From contig JBGANF010000094.1 of assembly GCA_044222475.1 (NCBI GenBank), positions 1-32,274 on the forward strand: a DNA stretch of 32,274 nucleotides. The letters run 5' to 3'. The notes beneath the pieces are model-generated. The model had not been told where the DNA came from, did no database searches, and saw only the letters and a list, made by a program, of their open reading frames with translations. This DNA comes from Polyangiaceae bacterium. Its GTDB lineage: Bacteria > Myxococcota_A > Polyangia > Polyangiales > Polyangiaceae. Both the position numbers and the translations under genes were made by a program. Below, one piece after another: positions 7,535-16,075 of the stretch; within the stretch, counting starts at the first letter, position 1, and every line of letters starts with the position of its first letter.

Positions 7535-10048
7535 TCACTTCACCGCGCGCAGAGTGGCCGTGTCCTTGGTGCGGCCGCCGACGTCGCTCCGGGTGAAGGC
7601 GAGGGGGAGGTGCTCCGCGTTGGCCCAGCTCGGCTGGAGGTTGTCGAAGTAGGGATCTCCCGGCGTCTCGCTCGTCCCGCGCGCGAGGTCGAACGTCGTG
7701 ACGACCGCCCCGTTGGGGTCGAACCCCATGACCATGCGGTAGAGCGGCGCGTCACCCGGGACGGCGAGCTCGGCCGGTGTCGCCCCGGCGAAGAAGGGAG
7801 CGTTCGCGACCGAGATCGTATCGAGGCCGCCGTGAATGGGCGTGGGCGGCACGGTGAGCTTCCCTCCGAACGTGTTCGGGAACGCGGCGCGCATCTGCTG
7901 ATCCCAGCGGTACTTCGTGGGGTCGGTCGTCCCAAAGCGGGACGAGAGCCAGGTCGCCGCATCGTCGAGCGCTTCGAGGAACAGCAGGTCGCGCCCGCCC
8001 GGCGAGGGGAAGAGCGCCTCGCTCCCGGAGAAGCGCGCTTCGGTCGCGTTACGGAGCAGCCCCGGCCAGAACGGAGGTGACTTGTCGGCGATTGCCTCGA
8101 AGAGGGTCTTCGTCGCGAGCGGCTCGAAGAGCCGGCGCGCTGCGAACCAGGTGACGGCGGTGAAGAGGAGCGGCTCTCCGCGCTCCCTCGTCATGCGGTG
8201 ATCCCACGCGCCGAGCGCGGCAGCGAGATCGCGAAGATCGGCACGCGCCGCGAACGCTGCGAGCGCCGGATTGGTCTTCGCCGCCTCGACCGCGCCGGTG
8301 ATCTCGGGGACGAAGGTGTCGGCGAGGGGGCTCCTCACGTCGCGCTGGACACGCTCCATGTCGCTTCGGTCGATTGGCTTCCCGCCAGCGACGAGCGCGC
8401 CGAGCTCCTCGTCGATGCGATGGAGGCGAAAGCCGTTGGCGTAGAAGGCGCCGTAGTAGAATGCGTCGTTGTCGACGTTGCCGTCCTTCGTGAAGCCCCA
8501 CGGGTCGGTGTTGGCCGATCCGAAGAAGCCGGAGGGCGGATCGAGGACGCGCGGCAACCGCGAGGGTGGGAGGTCGCCGCGAGTCCAGAGCGTCGTCGCG
8601 TCCATCCCGTCGAGGATTCGCCACGGCATGGGGTGGCTGCCCGGCGTCCCGCGGTCCGGGATGGCAGCGTGCGTGCTGAAGAGAAGGTGCTTCTCGTCGG
8701 CGGCAAGGAGGTTGAGGGCGCCGACGTCGATGAGGTTGGAGGCCGCTTCGAGCTCGTCGACGGTACGGGCACGGTCCATCCCGAGGTACGCCGAGAGCTC
8801 GCGCGTCGCGCGAAACCCAGTCCACTGGAAGAGGATCGAGTTGCCCTTGACGAGGAACGACCGAGGGACCGGGAGGATCGCGTCAGGGAGGAGGATCCCG
8901 TAGCCAGGCACGTCGTGCACGTCGACGACGTCGTCCTCACCGGTTCCGACGGCCCCATCGCCGCGCACGCGGATCGTCTCCTTGCGCGTGACGATGGGGT
9001 GCTCGCCGTCGCCGAGGGTGACCTTGGTGAAGTCCGGATCGACGTTCACGTCCCAGAGATCCATCACGTCGGCGAAGTTCGTCGTCGCCGTCCAGCCCAC
9101 ACGCGCCGTTTGCCCGAGCTCGACGGCCGGGGTGCCCACGAACGCGAACCCGAACGCGTCGAGTCCGCTCCGGGCGCTCACATGGATCGGGTAGAGGCGC
9201 GTCGGGTTGGTGAGCGCTTGGTGCGGATCCCCGCAGAGCCACGGCTTGCCGGTTGCGCTCTTCGAGCCGACGACGCCCCAGTTGTTCGAGCCTCCCGGCC
9301 GATCGGGCCAAGCGTTCGGACCGCTGAACGCCGAGCCTGGTAGTACCATGTTGGTACGCTGGAGCGGCGGCGGCGGGACCGGGACCGGGGCCTTGCCACC
9401 ACCGCCGGACACCATCGGGAACACGTCATACGCGGGCTGGACGATCGGTACCTTCTTCGCGAGCTCGGGGGCGAGGTTCTGGATCGCAGTGGACAGGATC
9501 TCGGCGTCGAGCGAGTTCGAGAGGCCGAATGCGAGGAGCTTTCCGATCGCGAAGGTGTGGCTGACCCGCCAACGTTCAGGCAGGAAATCGAGCTCCTCCG
9601 CGCCGAAGCCGTACGGGCGCGGGACGACGCCGCGGGCGATCTCGTCGATCCGCGCGTTGACCCCGGCGACCCATGCGTCGGCGACCCGCGCGTCGGCGGG
9701 GAACTCGGCCCGGGCCCGTGCTTCGTCCTGCTCGCCGAGGTGAGCGAAACCAAACGCGCGCGCGCCGAGGTCTGCCTTCTTGCTCTTGGGACCAAAGAGC
9801 TCGGCCGAGCGGCCGAGCGCCTGCCGGCGCATGAGCTCCATCTGGAAGAGCCGGTCGCGCGCCATCGCGTAGCCAGCGCCGAAGAACGCGTCCTCCTCGC
9901 TCTCGGCGTAGACGTGAGTGATGCCGAGGTCGTCTCGCACGAGGGTCACGTCGGCAAGCGGGTAGGCGGCAACGCTCGGAGGATCGGCGAACGAGCAGCT
10001 CAGCGCGACGACGGCAGCGGCGACCGCGAGTCCGACGAGATTTCGCAT
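7535..10048 (-). CDS. Penicillin acylase family (Ntn-hydrolase, peptidase S45) lipoprotein, 837 aa
   Basis: RDDLGITHVYA, GAGYAMARDRLFQMEL, GSNNW nucleophile, GDPH, WTATT..ADVMDLW, SAN. Lipobox VVALSC. Confidence 0.92.
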   Translation of the reverse strand: MRNLVGLAVAAAVVALSCSFADPPSVAAYPLADVTLVRDDLGITHVYAESEEDAFFGAGYAMARDRLFQMELMRRQALGRSAELFGPKSKKADLGARAFGFAHLGEQDEARARAEFPADARVADAWVAGVNARIDEIARGVVPRPYGFGAEELDFLPERWRVSHTFAIGKLLAFGLSNSLDAEILSTAIQNLAPELAKKVPIVQPAYDVFPMVSGGGGKAPVPVPPPPLQRTNMVLPGSAFSGPNAWPDRPGGSNNWGVVGSKSATGKPWLCGDPHQALTNPTRLYPIHVSARSGLDAFGFAFVGTPAVELGQTARVGWTATTNFADVMDLWDVNVDPDFTKVTLGDGEHPIVTRKETIRVRGDGAVGTGEDDVVDVHDVPGYGILLPDAILPVPRSFLVKGNSILFQWTGFRATRELSAYLGMDRARTVDELEAASNLIDVGALNLLAADEKHLLFSTHAAIPDRGTPGSHPMPWRILDGMDATTLWTRGDLPPSRLPRVLDPPSGFFGSANTDPWGFTKDGNVDNDAFYYGAFYANGFRLHRIDEELGALVAGGKPIDRSDMERVQRDVRSPLADTFVPEITGAVEAAKTNPALAAFAARADLRDLAAALGAWDHRMTRERGEPLLFTAVTWFAARRLFEPLATKTLFEAIADKSPPFWPGLLRNATEARFSGSEALFPSPGGRDLLFLEALDDAATWLSSRFGTTDPTKYRWDQQMRAAFPNTFGGKLTVPPTPIHGGLDTISVANAPFFAGATPAELAVPGDAPLYRMVMGFDPNGAVVTTFDLARGTSETPGDPYFDNLQPSWANAEHLPLAFTRSDVGGRTKDTATLRAVK

Positions 10049-10072
10049 GGCCCGCTGGGCGTATCACGAATC

Positions 10073-10084
10073 GACCGATCGGTC
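10073..10084. promoter_or_regulatory. Perfect 12-bp palindrome GACCGATCGGTC upstream of the acylase; candidate repressor operator
   Basis: Lies in the 43-bp intergenic gap, just upstream of an extended -10-like TGaTACGCC on the - strand. Confidence 0.35.
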
Positions 10085-10091
10085 AGGCCGG

Positions 10092-11129
10092 TCAGAGCTC
10101 CACCCGAAGCCCGAGGCCGACCGACCAGAGCGGGCTCCCCATCGTGGCGAGCCGCTCACCGTTGCCGGCGACGACGAGCGATGGCGTCGTGAAGAGGACC
10201 CGTCCGTCGAGGAACACGCTCACGCTCGGGCCGAGCGCCACCGATGCGTCGAGCCCGGTGCCGACGAGCAACCCGATGGGGCGCGCGTCGCTTCCGCTGA
10301 ACCCCGGAGCCGGCGATGCGCGAACGCGGAGGAAGTACCCACCGACGTCGATCGCCGGGCCGACGCGAACGGGGCCGACGGCCGGCGCGTACGCTGCCTC
10401 GACGAAGAACGCGTGCTGCACGACCGACGCGGTCCCCGACGACGCGGGGAAGTCCGCGCTGGCCGACGGGCCGATCCAGCGCGCCGCGAGGCGGAACGAC
10501 CGGTACGTCGCGCCCGCCTCGATGAGCGGGGCGGGTTGCAGCGACGCACCGCGATCGCCCACGAGGACGGCGAGCCCTCCCGCGAGATCCAGGTGCACTC
10601 GAGGCGCCGGGGCGACGACGGCGGGCTTCGGCGGCGGCGGCGCGTGCACGAGCTTCACGACCGCGGGTGCGACGGGCGCGGGTCGTGGCGTCACCTCGAT
10701 CTCGAGGAGGCTCGCGCGCAAGAGCTCGACGCAGCGAAGCGCGAGCATCGCCGGCGTGGCTTCGGTCGCGCGGCGCACGACGAGCTTGTGGGTGATCGCG
10801 TCGGTGACCCACAGATCGACGGCGCCACCGTGGGCTCCGGCGACGAGGCGGACGGCGGCGATGGCACCCCGCGCGGCGACCGTCGCGCCGTCGGGGTCCT
10901 GATCGGCCGATGCGCCTTCGGACTCGGTCTCGGTCGCGACGTCGAAGCCGCCGGCGATCAGCTCGGCGCGGAGGCGCACGGTGGCCTCCAAGATGAACTC
11001 GCTGGGGTGCTCGCTCGTGACGACGAGCACCTTGGGCGCGCCCCACGCCGGCACGCAGAGCAAGAAGGCGACCGAGCCGAGGACCAGGCCCGCGAGGCGA
11101 GCTCCTGCGCGCGCCCACGAGCGCTTCAC
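10092..11129 (-). CDS. Exported protein with a probable C-terminal outer-membrane beta-barrel (third gene of the ECF/FecR operon)
   Basis: Signal peptide (..CVPAWG), Pro-rich linker, alternating amphipathic strands, terminal GLGLRVEL. Starts 2 nt after the FecR stop. Confidence 0.7.
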   Translation of the reverse strand: MKRSWARAGARLAGLVLGSVAFLLCVPAWGAPKVLVVTSEHPSEFILEATVRLRAELIAGGFDVATETESEGASADQDPDGATVAARGAIAAVRLVAGAHGGAVDLWVTDAITHKLVVRRATEATPAMLALRCVELLRASLLEIEVTPRPAPVAPAVVKLVHAPPPPKPAVVAPAPRVHLDLAGGLAVLVGDRGASLQPAPLIEAGATYRSFRLAARWIGPSASADFPASSGTASVVQHAFFVEAAYAPAVGPVRVGPAIDVGGYFLRVRASPAPGFSGSDARPIGLLVGTGLDASVALGPSVSVFLDGRVLFTTPSLVVAGNGERLATMGSPLWSVGLGLRVEL

Positions 11130-11131
11130 GA

Positions 11132-12352
11132 TCAGGGGCTCGCGATCTGACGGGCCGCCGCGGCGTACGGACCTTGCGGGTGCCGCTCGAGGTAGCGGCT
11201 CGCGCTCTTCTTCGCCTCGTCGGGGGCTTGAGTTCGTTCGAGCATCATCTTTCGACCCAGGCTCTCCTGCTCGTACGTGCCGGACGGCGCAGAGCCCAGG
11301 TATTCATTGTAATATGCAATCGCCGTCGCGGGTGCGTGATCGTCGTCCTCGCTGATCTTTCCGAGGAGGAACGTCGCGTCTGCGGCCCCCGGCGTGCCGG
11401 GAAAGCGCGAGCGCTCCGCGGAGAGCGCCCGCTTCGCGAGGTCGAGCTTGCCGGTGTACCGCGCCGCGTCGGCGAGGGCGCCGAGGTCGCTGGCCGGCGC
11501 CGTCGACAGGACGCCGTCGACCCCGCGCTTCTGCGCGTCGCCGACGACGGCATCGAACTCGCCCTTGGCGACACGGGCGGACCACGACACGGAGGGCACC
11601 GGGTCGGCGCTCCGGATCGGAGCCGTGCCGGCGTCGGGCACCGCGACCGGAACCTCCGGAGGAGCGCTGGCCGTCGCGGACGGGAGCGCGCTCGGCACCT
11701 CGACGACTCGCGCCTGCATGTGGATCGTCTGCGGCGCGCGAACCACGGCGTCCGCGCCCGGACCGGACACGCTCACGGTGCCTTCGTCCACGCGGACCTC
11801 GAGCGCGCCCGACTCGGGCGACCACACCACCTCGAACGTCGTGCCGACGACGTGCACCGCGTACGGGCCGGCGCCGATGGTCCAGTCGGTCGTGTCGGTG
11901 TGGGTGATGTGCGCCTTCACGCGCCCGCCCTCGAGCACGAGCTGCGCGCCGTGGGTCGTTCGGCCCACCACTCGGAGGCGGGAAGACTCGCCGAGGTCGA
12001 GCACCGATTCGTCGGAGAACGAGAGCTTCGCCGTCTCCGTCTCGGTCGTCCGGATGTAGTCGCCGTCGGCGCTTCCTCCTCGAACCGTGTACGTGAGCTC
12101 GTGGGGACGCCGCACGAATAGCACGACCGCGAGCGTGAGCGCCGCCGCGAGGAGCAGCACGGTCGCCGTGCGCGCGCGGGTCCAGAACGTCTTCGGCGCG
12201 GGCGCCGGCGCGGCCGGCGCGGCCGGCGCTTGGTCGAGCGCGGCGTAGAGCGCGTCGAACCGCGCGCCGACTTCATCGGGCGGCAGCTCGTCTCCGCCGA
12301 GGATCTTTCGCGCGCCCTCGAGCGCGCGATCGAGCTTGCGCGGATCAGTCAT
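11132..12352 (-). CDS. FecR-domain anti-sigma factor with a C-terminal TPR region
   Basis: Single TM helix (VLLLAAALTLAVVLFV). FecR signature (LSFSDESVLDLGESSRLRV..LEGGRV..VHVVGTTFEV..VRVDEGTVSV). TPR-like C-terminus (YNEYLGSAPSG, YLERHPQGPYA). Overlaps the sigma gene end. Confidence 0.88.
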   Translation of the reverse strand: MTDPRKLDRALEGARKILGGDELPPDEVGARFDALYAALDQAPAAPAAPAPAPKTFWTRARTATVLLLAAALTLAVVLFVRRPHELTYTVRGGSADGDYIRTTETETAKLSFSDESVLDLGESSRLRVVGRTTHGAQLVLEGGRVKAHITHTDTTDWTIGAGPYAVHVVGTTFEVVWSPESGALEVRVDEGTVSVSGPGADAVVRAPQTIHMQARVVEVPSALPSATASAPPEVPVAVPDAGTAPIRSADPVPSVSWSARVAKGEFDAVVGDAQKRGVDGVLSTAPASDLGALADAARYTGKLDLAKRALSAERSRFPGTPGAADATFLLGKISEDDDHAPATAIAYYNEYLGSAPSGTYEQESLGRKMMLERTQAPDEAKKSASRYLERHPQGPYAAAARQIASP

Positions 12353-12932
12353 GGGCCACCGCCTGTCCGAAATGATCGCCGAGCGCCTCCGACGCGACCG
12401 CGAGCCGTCGCTTCGCGGTCGCGAGCGAGCACTCGAGGTGCTCGGCCACCTCCGGCAGCGTCATGCCTTGGACGTGCCGGAGGACGAACGCCAGCCGAAC
12501 CTCGTCGTCGAGCTTCGCGAGCTCGCGGTACAGCGCGACGACGAGCTCCTTCGAGTCCGAGCTGTCGTCTCGTCGCGCGTCGGCCTCGGCGTCCTCGCTC
12601 AGGGAGACGATCGACCGTACCCGCCGACTGCGGAGCTCGCTCCGGACGACGCGGATGGCGATCCCGGTGAGGAACGACTTCAGCGCGTCGGGGTCGCGAA
12701 TCTGGGAGAGGCTCCGAAACAGGCGCAAAAAGACCTCCTGGACGGTGTCGCTGGCATCGGTCACACCGAGAGAACGGCAGACGATGGCGCGAACCAGCGA
12801 GTGGTACCGGCGAAAGATGGCTTCGAGGCTGGCTCGGTCGCCCCGCGCCGCGCCGAGGAGCAGCACCCGGTCCGTCGCGTGGTCGACGGGGAGGTGGGCC
12901 ACCCGCTCTTCGGACAGCGGAAGGGGTACCAT
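12345..12932 (-). CDS. ECF-subfamily RNA polymerase sigma factor
   Basis: Region 2 (DTVQEVFLRLF..LKSFLTGIAIR) and region 4 (RLAFVLRHVQGMTLPEVAEHLECSLATAKRRL). ATG 12932 is preferred over 12941 because of the promoter position. Confidence 0.93.
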   Translation of the reverse strand: MVPLPLSEERVAHLPVDHATDRVLLLGAARGDRASLEAIFRRYHSLVRAIVCRSLGVTDASDTVQEVFLRLFRSLSQIRDPDALKSFLTGIAIRVVRSELRSRRVRSIVSLSEDAEADARRDDSSDSKELVVALYRELAKLDDEVRLAFVLRHVQGMTLPEVAEHLECSLATAKRRLAVASEALGDHFGQAVAHD

Positions 12933-12942
12933 CAAGACCATG

Positions 12943-13018
12943 GTAGCGGCAGGGTCCGGAATCGGCTCAACCGAGAAAAGATTTCTCGGTGTGAGCCGGA
13001 TGTGCCCGGTGGCGCGAC
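12943..13018. promoter_or_regulatory. Back-to-back ECF-type promoters TGAGCC-N15-CGC(T/G)AC around a 9-bp inverted repeat
   Basis: - strand: TGAGCC (12969-12964), N15, CGCTAC (12948-12943). + strand: TGAGCC (12992-12997), N15, CGCGAC (13013-13018). Central ACCGAGAAA-aga-TTTCTCGGT. Confidence 0.65.
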
Positions 13019-13027
13019 TTTGACGCC

Positions 13028-14161
13028 ATGAAAACCCGGATCGCCTTTCCCTCGATCGCTGCTCTCGTGAGCCTCCTCGGCACCGCCGCCTGTGGGGTCA
13101 CGGTGTCCGACGTGTTCACGCCGACGGACTCGGGCACCCCGAGCGACGGCGGCGCGACGGAGGACGTCGCCCCTCCCGAGTTCCCCGATGCCGCAGTGAC
13201 CGACGTCGGTGCACCCGTCTCGAAGGGCTTCTTCCTCCTCGCCACCAACACGCCGGCCTCGCCGGCCGCGGATGGCAGCAACTGGTTGGGCGTCCAACGA
13301 TTCGACTTCGACGACGACTACGCGCCGCCGGTCGCGGGCGTGGGCATGCCGAAGAGCACGCAGGCGCCGTTCGCGATCAGGGATCCCGCCGCGCTGACGT
13401 TCCGCTGGGCGAGCGCCGAGGTGTTCGTGACGAACCGGGGTGGCAACCTGGCGGGGAACTCGAGCATCAGCAAGTTCGCGTACGACGCGAAGACGCAGAC
13501 GTTCGGCCCCGGCTCCGTCGTGGTGAGCGGCTACTCGGGTCTGCACCAGATGACGTTCAACCGGACCCAAGACGAGATGTTCGTCGGCACCAACAACGAA
13601 GGCATGCGTCGCTTCAAGCTCACGAACAACGCGTGGGTCGAGCAACCGCAGCCGGTCGGCGCGCCTCACTGGATCCGAGGCGTCGCCGTCTCGCCCGACG
13701 GAAAACGCCTCTACGCCAGCACGGCCGGAAGCGTCATCCGGCAGTGGGATCTGACGACGAACCAGGAGCTCACCGCCGTCACCGTGCCGGACAACCAAGC
13801 GCTGCTCCACTTCATGACGCTCTGCGGTCCGCCGATGGGCAACATGACGACCGGCTGCAGCCCGGCGCGGCTCTACGTCGGCGACGCGAAGTCGAACGGG
13901 ACGCAGTCGGTCTACAGCTTCGAGATCGATTCGAACGACGATCTCGTCAACCGCAAGACGGTGACCGCAGCGCCGTCGTTCTCGGTGGCGCTCAGCCCGG
14001 ACGGCAAGGAGCTCTTCTCGGGCCAATCGGGCGCGGACAAGATCCAGCGCTTCACGCCGTCGGGGAGCTCGTGGGTGTCTCAGTCGTCGATCACGGCCGC
14101 GAGCAACATCGGGACGATCCTGATCTTCCCGAAGAACGCAGTCCCCGTTCTCCCGAACTGA
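13028..14161 (+). CDS. Beta-propeller lipoprotein (YVTN/lactonase-like repeats), 377 aa
   Basis: Lipobox GTAAC, acidic DSG/DGG/DAA linker, repeats GVAVSPDGKRLYAS and SVALSPDGKELFSG. Confidence 0.8.
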   Translation: MKTRIAFPSIAALVSLLGTAACGVTVSDVFTPTDSGTPSDGGATEDVAPPEFPDAAVTDVGAPVSKGFFLLATNTPASPAADGSNWLGVQRFDFDDDYAPPVAGVGMPKSTQAPFAIRDPAALTFRWASAEVFVTNRGGNLAGNSSISKFAYDAKTQTFGPGSVVVSGYSGLHQMTFNRTQDEMFVGTNNEGMRRFKLTNNAWVEQPQPVGAPHWIRGVAVSPDGKRLYASTAGSVIRQWDLTTNQELTAVTVPDNQALLHFMTLCGPPMGNMTTGCSPARLYVGDAKSNGTQSVYSFEIDSNDDLVNRKTVTAAPSFSVALSPDGKELFSGQSGADKIQRFTPSGSSWVSQSSITAASNIGTILIFPKNAVPVLPN

Positions 14162-14164
14162 GCT

Positions 14165-14935
14165 TCAGTCGTCGCCGGGGGCCTTGCGCAAGCCGAGCGC
14201 CTTCCGGAGGTCTCGGGCCGCCTGGCGCGAGACCTCGATCGACGCGCCGCGGGCCGTGCGCGCGACGTAGCCGCCGGTCTCGATGGGCTCGAGCCGCGTG
14301 ACGTGGGAGAGGTTCACCAGCGCGCGCCGATGGACGCGGGTGAGGTGGGGCAGCTTGCGCTCCAGGTCTTGGAGCGTGAAGTCGGTCACGTAGTCGGCCT
14401 CGGTGGTGGCGAGGGTCACGAGGACGCCGTCGAGGACGGCGTGTGTTACCAATTTGGGATCGACGAGGACGACGCCCGCGCGCGTCGTCACCGCGAGGCG
14501 ATCGGTGGAGGGTCGGTCGGCCGGTGCGCCGGGCGCCGGCGAGGGTTGGCCCTCGGCGAGCCGTTGCTCGACGCGAGCGATCGCCTTGGCGAGGCGGTCC
14601 GGAGCGATCGGCTTGAGGAGGTAGTCGACCGCACCGCCGTCGAACGCGTCGACCGCGTGATCGGCGTGGGCGGTACAGAACACGACGAGCGGTCCGCCCC
14701 CGCGCGACTCGAGCACCCGCAGCGCGTCGATCCCCGTGAGCCCCGGCATGTGGATGTCGAGCAGGATCAGGTCGACGTCGCCGGCCTTCGTCCGCTCGAG
14801 CACCTCGTCGGCGTTCTCGCACGTGCCGAGGAGCTCGACCGTCGGGACCTCGGCGAGGAGACGCGCGAGGCGCTTTCGCGCGAGGAGCTCGTCGTCGGCG
14901 ACGAGGACACGGAGCTTCGTGGAGGCGCGGGTCAT
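14165..14935 (-). CDS. LytTR-family response regulator, 256 aa
   Basis: REC domain (VADDE, LLDIHMPGLTG, FCTAH, AVDYLLKP) and LytTR domain (RVHRRALVN..IEVSR). ATG 14935 overlaps the kinase stop (ATGA). Confidence 0.93.
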   Translation of the reverse strand: MTRASTKLRVLVADDELLARKRLARLLAEVPTVELLGTCENADEVLERTKAGDVDLILLDIHMPGLTGIDALRVLESRGGGPLVVFCTAHADHAVDAFDGGAVDYLLKPIAPDRLAKAIARVEQRLAEGQPSPAPGAPADRPSTDRLAVTTRAGVVLVDPKLVTHAVLDGVLVTLATTEADYVTDFTLQDLERKLPHLTRVHRRALVNLSHVTRLEPIETGGYVARTARGASIEVSRQAARDLRKALGLRKAPGDD

Positions 14936-15987
14936 GCGGCGAGCCTGGGACCTTTCTTCGGGAGATCGAGGGTGACGATGGTGCGCCCGGCTTTGCCTTC
15001 GGCGGTGAGCTTGGCGTCGCCGTCGTAGGCGAGGTCGATGCGCTTCTCGGCGGTGGGCAGGCCGTGGCTGCCTCCGCGCGGGCCGCCGAAGGTGCCGGGG
15101 TTCTCGATCGCGATCCTCACGCGCGCTCCCTCGCTCTCGACGCGAATGGCGATCTCGCCGCGGTGGCCTTTCGCCGGGCCGTGCTTGATCGCGTTCTCGA
15201 CGAGGGGGAAGAGGAGCATCGGAGGTACTTGTACTTTCCCCGCATCGAGATCGACCTTCCACGCGAGGGTGAACATGTTCGGATCGCGGAGCGTGTGCAG
15301 CGAGAGGAGCGTCTTGCACAGCGCGAGCTCGCGCTCGAGGGGCCAGCTCTCTTCCTTCACGCCGGCGAGCACGTCGCGGAGGAGCCCCGAGAGCTCGAGG
15401 ACGGCGCGCTCGGCGGTGGCGCCGTCTTCGCGGCACCACTCGGCGATGGCGTTCAGCGTGTTGAAGAGGAAGTGCGGGTCGAGGTGGGCTTTGAGCGCGA
15501 GGAGCTGGGCTTGCTCCGCCGCACGCGACAGCGCGTCGGCCCGTTTGCGTTCGCGGGCGAGGCTGTCTTCGAGGCCGATGTCGCGGCCGAGGCCCCACCC
15601 GCCGACGAGGAACAGCGCGATGTCGATCGGCAAGCTCGATCGCGCCGTGAGGAACGTGTACTCGATGCCGAGCATGCGCGGGACGTAGAGCCCGGCGGTC
15701 AGCACGGCGCCGGCGCCGATGATGCCGTAGAGGATGAGGCGAATCGCGCCGTGCCCGAGATCGAGGCCCTCGGGGAAGAGGATGCGGTACGACACCGGCG
15801 CGATGAGGACGAACGTGAGGCAGAGCCCGACGCCGATCCAGATCGCCTGCGGGTGCCGGCTGTAGTTCCGCTGGGCGTACACCAGCGGGAGGGACACGAA
15901 GAGGATCGGGATCAGCCGGCGCGGTGCGAGGAGCGCGAGGAGCGTCCGGCGAACGATCGAGTCTTCCGGCGGGGCGAGGAGGGGCAA
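14932..15987 (-). CDS. LytS/YehU-type sensor histidine kinase with several TM helices
   Basis: ALKAHLDPHFLFNTLNAI H-box and PLVENAIKHG HATPase. Start uncertain; TTG 15987 sits 8 nt after a TATCCT -10-like box. Confidence 0.9.
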   Translation of the reverse strand: MPLLAPPEDSIVRRTLLALLAPRRLIPILFVSLPLVYAQRNYSRHPQAIWIGVGLCLTFVLIAPVSYRILFPEGLDLGHGAIRLILYGIIGAGAVLTAGLYVPRMLGIEYTFLTARSSLPIDIALFLVGGWGLGRDIGLEDSLARERKRADALSRAAEQAQLLALKAHLDPHFLFNTLNAIAEWCREDGATAERAVLELSGLLRDVLAGVKEESWPLERELALCKTLLSLHTLRDPNMFTLAWKVDLDAGKVQVPPMLLFPLVENAIKHGPAKGHRGEIAIRVESEGARVRIAIENPGTFGGPRGGSHGLPTAEKRIDLAYDGDAKLTAEGKAGRTIVTLDLPKKGPRLAA

Positions 15988-16075
15988 CGCCCCGAAGGAT
16001 ACGAGAGCTCTGCGCCGAACGCCGCGAACTTCCGCGGGAACGGTCGAGGAGAGGGGCCGAGCGGTCCGCCGCCGG

